This document shows, one piece after another, positions 27,334 to 42,169 of a stretch of DNA of 64,000 nucleotides. The notes beneath the pieces were generated by a model. It worked only from the letters and a program-made list of their open reading frames with translations. It did no database searches and was not told where the DNA came from. Numbering within the stretch: position 1 is the stretch's first letter; the number at the start of each line of letters is the position of its first letter. A program made the translations under genes and the position numbers. Source of the DNA: the human T2T-CHM13v2.0 reference genome, Homo sapiens; the NCBI RefSeq assembly GCF_009914755.1, contig NC_060937.1. One strand, 5' to 3'.

Positions 27334-27459
27334 GGCACTTGGAGGCTTGTAGGCCTAACAACCCCTCCCTACCCAGACATACTGTGTATATGCTTATGTG
27401 TGGATGGGTGTGAGGAATTACAGAAAATCCACGGCCGGCCCTGGCAAGAACACATGTTT
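27334..27459 (+). repeat. ~125-bp diverged local duplication, copy 1 (copy 2 at 28472-28596)
   Basis: Shared colinear blocks aggcctaaca, cctccct, tactgtgt, tgtggatggg, tgagga, aaatcca, cctggcaagaacac. Confidence 0.85.
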
Positions 27460-28471
27460 ATATCACCAGCATCATGCAGGGTGTGTGGCACAGAAAAGGT
27501 GCTCAATAAATACTCTGGTATTATTGGGTGCTATGTCAATGGAAGAAAATTTATCTCATTAACCAACAATGAATCCATAGTCTGAGGCAGGAAGGAGGAG
27601 AGCAGCTGTGAAGGTAAAAGACCATATCAAATTTGATTCAGATATTTTCCTTTCGCTTTTTAAACAAACAAGTCTTTTGCTTATCTGGGCTTTTGTGGTC
27701 CTAGAGGAAGATAAAATGGGTCCTACTGAAAAAATTAAAGGGAAAGTAACACAGAAGCAAAAAGTCGGGGAGGGCCATGCTAGAGAGGCTGGATCGATTG
27801 TTATGGAAGGGATTTATACTTGAATGCGGGGTTTAACTAGGGAGCAGGGAAGGGACACTTTTGGGGATTACTGGGGAGGGAGAATCAACATAATATGGAT
27901 TTTGATGCATAAGGAATGGAGAAAAGTAAAAAGGACTTAAGATATTGGTTTTAGGATTTAGAAGGGATGATTTAATTTGGAAGAGAAAGGATTTGCTGTT
28001 AGATATAGTGACAAGCACTCAATGCTTGCAGTCTGAATTGCAACCTTCAGATGGTCCTCAAATATCCTCATGTGGGGGAAACCGCATCCTGATTGGAATC
28101 CTACTCCTTGGGAGGAGAGGATGTGCATGATGGAAGCTGATGACTTTATATAAATGACTCTGTTTAGGGCAAAACGCCACTTTTAGCTCAAATCTGTTAC
28201 TTAAAGGATTATTTCCTTGCCAGTTTGAAATAGCTCCTTCCCAGCCTCTGACAGAGCTTGCTGCCTTGCCATCATCAGTTCCACCAAGCAGGATGAGAGG
28301 CCTAAAATCAAAGAGTGCAGGAAGCTATCATCTCATTGAGCAAATGATAAATCATCCCTAAATGCATATTGAACAGGGATTTGTGATATCTCTTAAAACA
28401 CAAACAAAACTCCTGTTGGGTCTGTCCTTCTGGTGCCTGAGCTGGTCCTGGGCCAGGCTGCTGTGTCAAGG

Positions 28472-28596
28472 GGCATCTGGAGTCTGGCAGGCCTAACACC
28501 TCCCTGCCTGGGCTTACTGTGTGTGCACACGTTTATATGTGGATGGGCTTGAGGAGTTATGGGAAATCCATCGCTGATCCTGGCAAGAACACGTTT
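28472..28596 (+). repeat. ~125-bp diverged local duplication, copy 2
   Basis: Same colinear blocks as 27334-27459. Confidence 0.85.
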
Positions 28597-28789
28597 GACT
28601 GATGCTGAGTCACTGGGGTGCTCACCCATGGAGAGGTCAGCTCATTTATGTGAGTAAAGGGTGGCAACACAGCCCTTGCCAGTATGCCTCACTGTGTGAT
28701 GTTAATTTCAGCACCTCCTTCTATCCCTACTGTCTATGGTTGTGCCAGGTCTATTAGTCAAGCAAAAGCTACTTGGCTATGCCCCAGTG

Positions 28790-29000
28790 GAGAGAAAGAC
28801 CTGGGTAAAATTCCAGATCTGCTTAATAGCTGTGAGGTTGTGGGCAAAGTACTCAAATCTCTGCTTTAGTTTTCTTATTTGTAAAAGTGAGAGAATAATA
28901 TCCCACCTCAGAATATTATTTGGAGAAATAATTACGGCAATTTTTGTACAGGGCTTGGTACAATGTGCCACCCTCAATGGCTGGCATATAGTAGGTGATT
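28790..29000 (+). mobile_element. MIR
   Basis: agacctgggtaaaattccag...cttaatagctgtgaggttgtgggcaa...ctctgctttagttttcttatttgtaaaa. Confidence 0.75.
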
Positions 29001-30759
29001 TACCAGGGGCAGCTATCATACTCACTAATAACAATGGTGAGGATAGTATTATGTCATGCCACACAGGAGTGCAAAGATGTAAAGTGTGACTTTTTGTTTT
29101 TTTTTTGTACCTGAACTTAATTTCTTCTTCTTCTTCTTTTATTTTTAAAGTCTCTGCCAGGTAGAGAAAATTTAAACTCAATCAATTCAGGATCTCAGCC
29201 TACTTGAATCTTTGGGGAGAAGGTCTGGTTCTTCGTAACTGTGACCTCCTGCTCTCCCTCCCTTTCAATTCCCATCAGCTCTCTGGGCTTCTGTCTGCAA
29301 AGATGGTGGTTGCATTTTCTCCTCTCATCTGCAAGCCCTCTCCAGATCTGTGTTTTACTTGGTTATTTCTGTTCTTTTTTTGGACACATGGAAGATCTGG
29401 TTGCTCCCCTCATGCCGGGAGTAGGGAAACTCTGCAAGGCTCTCTCGGGTCTGCCTGCCTACAATCCCCATACAGCCATCCCAGGCCTGCCCTACTTCTT
29501 GTTGCCTTCTCTTGGAAAGCTCTCAAATCCTCTAGAATCCCTGTGGGGTCTTTATTGGGCCCTCTCCACCAGCACTTGCCTGGAGGTGTGGTGAGGATAC
29601 ACACCAGTGTCCAGACACCTTCACTTCCCCTTTGACTGCACCCATCACCTTCAGTACTGAACCCCTGAGGACAATAGCTTTCTCTTAAGCTTTTGGAATG
29701 CAAAAGTCTTTGCCTTAAACTCAGTTGTGAGTTTCAGATTTGAAACTCCCACATCAAGAATTGACTTTTTCTTTTTCTCAGTGATTCTGCTGTGCCATTC
29801 CTTTCCTGAGGCTGTAAGTGCTAGATGCTGAAGTGTCTGCCTGGGAAGAAAGGGGTTGGTAGAAGGACTGAAGGTATTGCAGGGCACAAGAACATTGCTT
29901 AAAATCTCAAAACATTTTTCTACTACGTCGCTATTATTATATCCATCTTCCATATGGTTTCATTCCCATGGGGCTGAGTTGCAGATTGATTTGCTTCAGT
30001 GTTGGAGCACTTGAGGATGATTCTGTTTTGACCTGTTGTTGGCAAAGTAAAAAAAAAAAAAATTAAAAAAGCAGATAGTGGCGCTCAGAAGAAAGTCAGA
30101 CACTCTTGGTCTGTAAAGCGTAGGTTTAGTGTGGAGCTAAATGTAGCTCTGGCCTCATTCTGCTTTTCTGTCTCCCAAAGGTCATGCCATTTTTCTTGAT
30201 CTGTTTTCCTATTTCCTTGTTCCACAGTCCATCATTGGATGCTCTGCTGCCTAGGCAACAGCGTTCAGGGCAGCTCTCAGCAACGTGTTACAGGAGAATG
30301 TTTTGAGCTCCACGCATGTAGTATTTCCTGCAATCCAGGGTGTGTTCTTAGTCTTCTTATTGTCAGTTTACACCCTTGTGTTGCTCAGTGAAACTGTCTG
30401 GGCCCACTGTGCATCTTCTTGGGTATGGGATCTGAGAGTAAAGAGTTGTCTGTATTTCAGAGATGTCATTGTCACCATCTTCAGGTGACCATACTGATGC
30501 CGGCAGCATCTCACTGCATCCCCACTCCTGTAAGTGTCTGATCAATATTCTTTTGAACTGTGCTATGTTGTCGGCTGGGCACTCGGGACCACAGCATTGA
30601 CTTTCACTTGCATGGCAACCACAGGAAAAATGCAGGGAACAACATTCGCTTGTCTGCACAGGATTTACCAGCTATGCTAAAACAGGATTTGTAGAATCAA
30701 ACTATGAAAGCACTACCAAAAAGTTTACTACCACCATCACCACCGGCAGCAGCACCAGC

Positions 30760-30975
30760 TGCATTTATGGAAGAAATATTTTGTGCCTGGTACTGCGACA
30801 GACTCTTTACGTGTATTAACCCAATTAAATTTCCCAACAAACCTAAAAGGCAGGCACTTTTGTCCCACTTTATTAAGAGGAGAATGAGTTTAAAGAGATT
30901 AAAAATCATGTCTCTGGTCACATAGAGAGTAAGTGGAGCCAGAATTTAAACCCAGGTTGACCCCAGAGCCCTTGC
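30760..30975 (-). mobile_element. MIR
   Basis: gcatttatgg...tgtgcctggtactg...gtaagtggagccagaatttaaacccagg. Confidence 0.7.
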
Positions 30976-31219
30976 TCAAGAGGCTGGAATGGTGCCGTGT
31001 TAGCATGCCTGCTGAGCGGCATCTTGGCATCGTTGAAGCAATGGTCCATGCACTGCTCCATGCTGATGCATAGTAGGTACACAGTCACACTTAACAGAAA
31101 GTGATTGATTGCTTGTCTTGGAAATTGATGTATTCTGAAATATGTTCTTTTACCAGGTGAGTGAGGCAAAATAGGCATAGGCCCTTCCTCTCCTGTGTCT
31201 TCAGTCCCCATCCAGCCTC

Positions 31220-31820
31220 ACTTCTATTGTCTTACATTAGGATATTGAGGAAGCTTCCCACCTGGTCTTCCTGATGCCTGTCTTGTTTTCCTCCTAATCC
31301 AAGCTCTACACAATGGCATCTTTCTAATTCAGAAATCTGTTCCCAACCATTCAGAGATTTCTCATGAGTTTAGAACCAAGTTTGACTCCTTCCAATGGCC
31401 TCCAGGTCCCTTATGATTTGGAGTCTCCTGCTTCTGGGTGTCATTTCTCTCCCCTCCTCAGTTCCCCGCTCTGAGCCTGTGCACACCATCTTTCTCCTCT
31501 CTTCAGGCCTTTGCATGTGCCATTTCCTCTACCCGGAACACTGCTGGCCTCTGCCATTCACCCAGCCAGCTTCTGCTCCTCCTTCAGATCTCAGTTTGCA
31601 TGTCACTCCCTCTGGGCAGCCTTCCCTGAGCCTCTGAGCCTGGGTGAGGTGCCCCTTCCACAAGCCTTGCAATGCCTTGCTGTCCTGCATCAGAGTGTTC
31701 ACCATCCCAAATCATACTGTCTTACCCTCCTTCCCCACAGAGGTAAGCTCCACCACGAGGCAGTATGCACTCCAGGTCTGGCATCTAGTCAGCACTTAAC
31801 ACATGTTTGGTGAATAATGG
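31220..31820 (+). mobile_element. L2
   Basis: ctggtcttcctg...tcaggcctttgcatgtgccatttcctctacccggaa...ccttcagatctcagttt...gcagccttccctga. Confidence 0.75.
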
Positions 31821-31834
31821 AGAGTTATAGGTAA

Positions 31835-32157
<323 letters not shown>

Positions 32158-33131
32158 TGAAACCTGGGGCTTGGGAACATCATTATACTTGGGGACAGTT
32201 CTTTAAAGGCAACAAATTAGAAATGGCTTCCAAAGTCCTTGAAACACTCTTTCAGGAACTGTGGGGAGGTCTTTGTTAGAGTATGAAAATTCAAACATCT
32301 TCAAATTAAAAAAGGTGAGAGATACAAAGTGTCACTTAAAAGCACAGACCCAAGAACTCTTACAAGTGCCTGCTCTTTTATTAAATTGGGTTGTCACTAA
32401 CATGAGACACAAGGAAAATCACATTTTAACCTGATTAATAGTCCCGTTATGCCATTTTAGAAAATATTAAATAATAGAACTATGTCTTATTGTCCCTTTT
32501 TCACTTCCCTCCTGTCCCACTCAGGACTGAAGCCTTTGGAAACGTCTGTGCTGGCTTTTCCTTTTCAGATGAATTGTCAGGGCCTGGAAAAGGCCTCACT
32601 GCAGACTCTCTCCCACAGTCAGAAGGACCAGATGCGACTATTGACTGCATCAAGGAGTTAAGCATTCCATCCTTTTGGCTCTCACCCTCACTCTTAACAC
32701 AATTCCTCCTTGGATTTTCATACAAATTAATGCTCCCATGCTTTTTGGCTCTTGCACACCCCTGCCATTGCCCCAGTGGTGAGATTTAGCAGCTTGGGTT
32801 TCCCAGGCTTCAATATTGGTGCGCATTTGCGGGGCTTCCAGCAAAGGAAAAGGCTCAGTCCTGGGGCTGCTGTTTCTTGTAAACACCATGTTTCTATCCA
32901 TCCCCACAGACTTCGCCGGCTGCCGACAAACCCCTCTCTCCCTCCCTTCCCCTCCTTCTCTGACTGCTCCTTTGAGCCTTGGGAACAGCGGCCAAGGCCT
33001 GAGCAGAGGGTGAGCAAACAGACTGGGCTGCATTTAGGAGGAGGCTTTCTTTAGGTGCCATCTGCCACCTCCACAGAGGTGGTTGGGATAAACTGATTTG
33101 CCAAACAAAATGCTTAACAACTCATGAATAA

Positions 33132-33639
<508 letters not shown>

Positions 33640-33651
33640 TAACATTTTCTG

Positions 33652-33653
<2 letters not shown>

Positions 33654-33694
<41 letters not shown>
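33654..33694. repeat. (TG)n microsatellite
   Basis: About 20 perfect GT units. Confidence 0.95.
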
Positions 33695-34700
<1,006 letters not shown>

Positions 34701-34912
34701 ATGTCTTTTCAGGAGAGTTGGGCCAATAAGTGGCAAGGGCACCCTTCCTAATGGCTTCCATACTGTTTCTGAAGCAAAAAAGGGGCTTCCAGCGCTTTCC
34801 TGTGGACACAGATGCCAGAAGTCACAGAGTTAGATGCTCATCTGCATTAAACACAGGCAGTAGGTGGCTCCACAGAGAGATGTTTTCTCTCCTGCCTGTT
34901 CCTCTCTGCTGT

Positions 34913-35084
34913 TTTGGAATGAGCCATCAATACTAACAATGGCAATTAGGCTCTTGGTGCCATCTGGATGGCTGGGGTTGTGGGGGAGGGCAGCTGCTGG
35001 CAGCCAGGAGAAGCAGAGGCTCAGCCCAGACTGGGCACCGCCCAGGGGATGCTTCCTGTGTGGACCTGCCGCCCAAACCCAGTT
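34913..35084 (+). repeat. 172-bp direct duplication, donor copy (second copy 36133-36304)
   Basis: tttggaatgagccatcaatac...gcccaaacccagtt; 5 mismatches between the copies by eye. Confidence 0.95.
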
Positions 35085-35774
35085 CCACGAAACAAAGATG
35101 CTTCCTTACTCATTTTAGTTAGTCAAGATGAACCGCCGAAGAGTCACTGTGAGAGCTCCTCAAGGAAAGAGATGGTAATTATTCCCAGTTAACAGATCCA
35201 GCCCAATCAAACCTGATTTTCATCAGCTTTGATTGCCTCCATTTCGGAATTGGTTGATTTCACTGCTCCTGTCTGAGCCTCGGGTATAAAATGGAGTTGG
35301 TGTAACCTGGCACCCATGTTGTGGCCAAAACAAAATGAGAAAGGCATGTGAAAACTCTTTGAAAATGATCAAGGTACTGATATGTTTGAGTCTAGGGTCA
35401 CAGATTCCAGGATAGGGCCCTGGCTACAGAGACTTCAAGGGGGAATTGTAATTTTAGGTAAAGTTCCCTCTTTATCCTCGGTGGATAATACAGAGGGGAG
35501 TCTCTGTGAGGCAGACAGGGAGGGGTGGGCCTTGCTCCATGCTCTCTTTCTCCTTGGGGGTGCCGACTACTTGGGTGAGAGTTGGGGTGAGACGGGTACT
35601 TTAATAAATTGTTACTAGAGTTTGAGGATAATAAAAGAAAATGACCTTGATGGTCATTCATTTCTGGATATTGGGGGGCACTGGAAGGAAAGAAGCAATG
35701 ACTCACTGCTCCCAGAAGTTTTCAGTCTGCGTGAAAAGAGGCTTCATTCTCAGCCTCCATTATAAACACATTTC

Positions 35775-35950
35775 CCCAAGGTTGCAGTGCTCCCTAAATC
35801 CTTAAGCCAGCAGCAGCAGCAGCATCACCTGGGAGCTTGTTAGAAACGCAGAATCTTAGGCCCCAACCCAGATCTACTGAACCAGAATCTGGCTGGCTTT
35901 AACAAGATTCCTAGCAATTTGCATGTACATTAAGGATTGAGAGGCACTTC
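35775..35950. mobile_element. MER5A (hAT-Charlie MITE)
   Basis: cagcagcatcacctgggagcttgttagaaacgcagaatcttaggccccaacccagatctactgaaccagaatct...ttgagaggcact. Confidence 0.85.
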
Positions 35951-36518
35951 TCTAAGTAACATAGGGATGCAGAGAAACACCTCTGACACCAAGGAGACAG
36001 ATTTCCAAAGGCGTGTCTCCTTCTCTTGTGGATTTTAGCCTGGTTGGAGTCTAACTTGAAGAGAGAAAAGACTTACACATACATTAACACCCCCCTGTAT
36101 CTCCCAGTCCAGATCTACTGCAGCCAGGTGTGTTTGGAATGAGCCATCAATACTAACAATGGCAGTTAGGCTCTTGGTGCCATCTGGATGGCTGGGGTTG
36201 TGGGGGAGGGCAGCTGCTGGCAGCCAGGAGAGGCAGAGGCTGAGTCCAGACTGGGCACCGCCCAGGGGATGCTTCCTGTGTGGACCTGCTGCCCAAACCC
36301 AGTTAGACTCCAACCAGGCTAAAATCCACAAGAGAAGGAGACACGCCTTTGGAAATCTGTCTCCTTGGTGTCAGAGGTGTTTCTCTCCATCCCTATTTTA
36401 CTTAGAGAAGTGCCTCTCAATCCTTAATGTGCATGCAAATTTCTAGCCAGCCAGATTCTGGTTCAGTAGATCTGGGTTGGGGCCTAAGATTCTGCGTTTC
36501 TAACAAGCTCCCAGGTGA
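35825..36518. repeat. Inverted repeat: arms 35825-36056 and 36301-36518, 244-bp spacer
   Basis: Arm 2 is the reverse complement of arm 1 apart from ~4 substitutions and a 14-bp deletion (ttaacaagattcct). Confidence 0.95.
36133..36304 (+). repeat. 172-bp direct duplication, second copy
   Basis: Matches 34913-35084; last 4 nt (agtt) are shared with the start of the inverted arm. Confidence 0.95.
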
Positions 36519-36584
36519 AATCAAAACAATCATCTCTCTATGTAGAGGTTGAAACCTAGTAGGAAGATACGATTCCCTCTTTAG

Positions 36585-36915
<331 letters not shown>

Positions 36916-36956
36916 ACCTCACAGCATTTCTAAGAATCCTGCCTTTCATTCATTAG

Positions 36957-37274
<318 letters not shown>

Positions 37275-37350
37275 CACCTGATCGTGTTTTAGATATTTAT
37301 CTTACGAGTTGGCCAGGACCTTGCTGCTATTAATATTTTTCTCTTAAATA

Positions 37351-37535
37351 CAGTGGTTCTCAAAGTGTGGTTCTGGGACCTGCAGCATCAGCATCATTAG
37401 GAATTTGTTAGAATCACAAATGCTCAGGCCCCACCCCAGATCTACTGAACCAGAAACTTGGAGTGGAGCCCCGAAATTGTGTTTAAGAAGCCCTCCACAT
37501 AATTCCCACGCACACTACAGTTTGAGAACCACCGT
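37351..37535. mobile_element. MER5A
   Basis: cagtggttctcaaagtgtgg...cagtttgagaaccac terminal inverted repeats. Confidence 0.9.
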
Positions 37536-38904
37536 TCTAAGATATGAAATCCCTTAGGTGAGTTTCTAGAGAAGAAAGCCCCTGGACCTAGCAGCCTTTG
37601 GGAGTCTGCCCAAGTTCCTGGACTTACTCAGTGAATAATTTCACAATTGGGAACCAGGGAGGTGATTCCAAGAAGGGGGTTTGAAGGATCGCAACTTCAG
37701 GTAAGGAAAAGCAGGAGCAAATGATCCATCCCCTGAGGATAATTGTTTGGCTTTATGCAAATGTTTTAAGCAATAAAACCAGCCAGTGATGTACAGGAAA
37801 TACATGCTCCCCATGCTGAGTGGTCTAAATAAGAGTGTTATCAGTGATTGGGCTTCAGAGCCCCTATTACACAAAGCCTGAATGGTATGAAATACACGAC
37901 ACCTGCTAAATGAAACACACGCGGGGACATTATGGGAATTTTCAACCGCATTTTATTTTGCATAATATAGTTTTTTTTTCCAGACCAGAAATGGTATATT
38001 AAAAAATCAGCAGGCATAGAGCTTGTTTTAAAATTATTATTACTTTACTCTGGCTTTGCAGGCTTTTATTTCTTTCTCCTGCTGCTATTCCACAGAAATA
38101 TGGAATAGTCTATCCAGAAAGAACTTTAGAGATCAGTGATTCTGTCTCTGCATTTCACAGGTGAGGACACTGGTGTTCGAAGACACAAGGTGACTTGCCC
38201 TGAGTGGAGGGCCTGGAGCTGGTACCCAGGACTCCTGATTCTCAGACTCTGTACTTCCCATTGAAAATTTTTTTCTCCCAAGGAATCTAAGACCCAGTAA
38301 GGGATCTGGGGAAGTGGCCTCATGCATTCCCTTGTGCATGACAGAGAGAGTATCAGAGGAATGGGAGGTGCATTTGCATCATTTACATATGTGCCCACAA
38401 CCTGATATTAGCCACTAGATTATATAGCTACCTTGAATTTGAAAGTCAATTCTGACATCGCGGTTCAGTCGGAAGCATCATTTGGAGGATAGCTGAGGCT
38501 TAGAATTTGTTCTCTAGGAAGTCAAAACCATCTGTCCTGCAAGTACCAATCCCATGTTTGGGACTGTAGGGAGCATGCCTTCTCTCAGGGACAGCATCTG
38601 GGGCTATGACCTATGCAGGTGCCCAGTGTCCTTTCTTAGAAGGACTTTGACTTGCTTCAATGCTCTGCTGTCACTCTCTTGGAAGTCTTAAAACAAAAAA
38701 AAAGGGGACCTGCACTTTGATATTGCACTAGGCCCCACAAAATATGGAACTGTTTTTTTCCCCCACATTCCTCATTCTCCCCCAGGCAGCCTTTGAAACC
38801 TTCTCCAAGAAACCTTTTCTGACTCGCCAAGAGTGTGTTATATATTGTAATGTTAATGTTACAATGCTAATCATGTTAATCTCCAACATTAATTGCCTTT
38901 TTTC

Positions 38905-39080
38905 TGTAGGCCCACCCTGTGAGATAGATACTATTATTGTCATCATACCACTTAGCAGATGAAGAGACAGGAGAGGACATTGAGGCTTAGAGAGATTAAC
39001 TGGCTCAAGGGTACACAGCTAAGAATTAGGATTAGAATCCAGGTTTGTTTGCACAGCACAGAGACTTAACCACTGTGCTA
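38905..39080 (-). mobile_element. MIR
   Basis: cttagcagatgaagagacag...gaggcttagagagattaactggctcaagggtacacagcta...aaccactgtgcta. Confidence 0.75.
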
Positions 39081-42000
39081 TATATACAACCTCACTGTGT
39101 TATCTGTTCAGCGCTTAACATTCTGTGATGTTTTCTCGCTTCCTCTTCTTGTCTGCAGGGGAGAGACTGTGTCCTTTACTGCAAAGACTGTCCTTTATTC
39201 AGTTTCACCCAGCATCGTACCTAGCACAGACAGGGTGTTCAATGAATATTTACTTTCAAAGGGCATTTGGCTAAATTTAATGTGCATATAGCCATATCAG
39301 AACTTCCTGAAAACCAGAGAAGCTTCCAGGTTTGTTTAAATTTCTCCTGCGTATGAAGCTGCACAGTATAGCTGATGTGAGTGTTGTGATACTTTATATT
39401 TGACTTCATGAATTATTTATGGAATTAACACCGGAATCATGATTAATTTGTGGAGGGAGAGAAGTTGCTACGTGGCTTGGTGCCCATGTTTTCCTGGCAG
39501 GGATAAATTACCTTCCCAGCAGCTGTGGGGTGAAGACTCTGGATTCTGGTTTCCAGGAGAGACAGACATTTGTGATTCCCTCTTCTTTCTCTTTTTCCCA
39601 CCTGAAAAACCCAGGAAGCACAATTTATGCCATAAACCAGTGGCAAGTGCTCTATATCTGTCAGCAGTGAGCCAACTCAGCTTCCCCCAACGTTTAGTTA
39701 ACATATGTCTCTTACGCACATACTGTGCACCATGTTAGGTATGGGAATAAAAAACCAAGAAGGCTTGTTTCTGCCCTTAAGGAGCTTTCAGTCTGGCAAG
39801 TGGAGACAGGCACAGAAAAAGACAGTACATGATCAGATGATCACTGAGAAGACATGCATGTCCTCCAGTGCTGGGGGGAAATTCCTGGCAGCGAGGGTTC
39901 ATGCCTATAAGGGCCAAAAGGAATTAGACTACAGACCAGGATTGGAGAAAGGCAGAGGGGCAGCTTTCCACTGGGGAGTAACTCTTTAAAGGCTGGAGAA
40001 GGACCTGTGAATAGTAGAAATGGCTGGCCAAGGGAAGGGAGCTCAGACAGGAGCTGGGAAATGAATGTTAATTGTGCCTCCAGCTCAACCCTGGAGGCTT
40101 AGGGTGGTGGATGAAGTCAGTATTGTCCATGACCAGTATGGCTCCTGTGTTATCATTAGGGTGGCTCTGCAGGGAGCAAGATCTCACCCTGCTGCAGGTG
40201 ATCAGCAGCTCTGTGGGACCCCCACATCTCCTGTGGCCTCAAGGCGAGAAGGAGGAATGCATTGCCCAGAGCCGGAGAGCAGGGAGGGGCCGAGCTGAGT
40301 CGTCTACGCTCCTGCTCCATCAGCAAGTTTGCTTTCTGAGACCTACTGTATAATAGCAATCTCTTTCCCATTTTCTTCAAAGCATCATGAGGAAATATAA
40401 CTGCGGTTGGGTTCAGCAGCCCTCACTTTTGAGCAATAAACTACAAATGATTACAGTTTACTTTGATGCTTTTGGAATTTTCCTACTAGCTGCAGTAGTT
40501 TCCTGCCATTTGCTAGCTGGAGAGTAGCCTGTGGACGCTCACTCAGCCTTTGGGATGAGCCCTTGCCTCTATGAGCTTGTCTTAACATGTTATTTATTCT
40601 GCAGCTCTTCTCCTGGCTTGAGCAGTGCCCTGGGCTCCGGGGCTACTATGACCGACCACACTTAGGGGGCCTAACCCTGCCGCCCCAGCCTTTGAGGGAG
40701 AAAAGATTGCTCCTGACTCCATTTATTTCCAGGTAGAAAAGAATCAGAGAGCCCTGCAGGGTGAAGGCGAAGTCGAGGTACTCCAGATAAGTGTTTTCTT
40801 CTCTCTATTACTTATTTATTAAAGGCAGTGAGGTATAACTAAGAGAAAGGAAAGGAACCGAGGAAATAGAGAATACAATGGCCCTTCAGATTTTAATGGG
40901 AGAGATGGCTGGAAGTGATTCCTAAATTATTAAATAAATCGATTTGATTCGTGAAGCTGGCCTCCAAGGTGTATTTGTCAGTTTCATTATGATTGTCTTC
41001 AAGGGTAGGAAGAGTCACTCATGGAGAAAGTTTGTTTTTTTTTTCCCCTCTATTTTGAAGGCTGCAATTCATGGCCCCTGTCTAATTAAACACTCACTGC
41101 TTTGTGTAACAGGAGCAGTAGTCTTTCAGTTTTATTTTGGCTTCTGTTCTGATCTCATTTGTCTTACAGGCCGATAGACATGCAGCAAGATCGGGTTGGC
41201 TGTGGGGCAGACACACTTTGGAGAATGTCGATCCCATTGCAATTATAGGACTGTTTGGTCACTGAGGAGTTCTATGGTAATTTATTCACATGCAAGAGTC
41301 CTGTCACTTAGCTATTTGTCTAGGGGAATCCATTGAGTGTTAGGATAATGGGTTGTGCCCTCCCAAATGACGAGAATAACACCTTAATGCACTTTAGGGA
41401 AGTAATGGATTTTATTGTGGGGTTTTGGTGGTGGCTGCAGTGGTGTTTGCTCCTTTCTCTCACATTTCCCTCTCTTCCCCTGAACACTTCTACTGCCTGC
41501 AGCCCAATGTAAAAAATGCCTGAACATCTAAATTCTTTTTCTTAATTATCCTCCTGAGGAAAGCAGGCCAAGCACCAGGGTGCAAAAAATTTAAACCATA
41601 AATAACAAGCTGAAAGGAAATAAAAGAAATGACACCAGAATAAACTAAGCTATTAACTGAAAGCTTTACATCACAGTCCTCCCTGGGCCTGAAAAAAAAT
41701 CTAAAGGAAGGTGGTTAAGTATTTATTTCCCAAAGAATGTAATTATAATCTGCAGCAATTAAAAATGGATGAAGGAAACATTTCCTCATCATTTCCGGGG
41801 GGTACTTCAGACACCGGCGCAGGGAACATTTTGGAGAATGTAGTTCCACTGCTTCCCTGAGGTCAAGTGAAGCTGAGGGACACAGCTGGCTCCTGCCAGG
41901 GGCACTACTGCTGTCTGGGTCTAAGGGGTCGGAGCAGGGATGGGAGAATGGAGGTGAGCAAAATAATGGGTAGTGATCGATTTGCAAGATAAATGAGGGC

Positions 42001-42169
42001 TCCTCTCTGGACCCGCTGCATAATTGTTCCTTTCAACTCAGTACACCTGGTGTGAAGAACTCCAGTCACAACTGTAAACCTGCCAGGTTTCCAATTAGGG
42101 GCTTGAATTTCAATTTCCTGGATGCTCCCTTAATCTTGGGGATGGGGAGAAGTTGTGTGTGTGCTGCAA

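Noticed and set aside
29762-29819. 32-nt micro-exon candidate (ttctcag|...|gtaagt)
   Set aside because: Such site pairs arise often by chance; no independent support
32550-32670. Acceptor-like cttttccttttcag|ATG
   Set aside because: No convincing downstream donor and the ATG frame stops after ~30 codons
34864-36446. Two near-identical peptides (MA(I/V)RLLVPSGWLGLWGRAAAGSQE...) suggesting a duplicated small gene
   Set aside because: A by-product of the 172-bp DNA duplication; no splice, codon or homology support
40655-40675. CTCF-like cacttagggggcc
   Set aside because: Mismatches in the CCAS 5' half of the core
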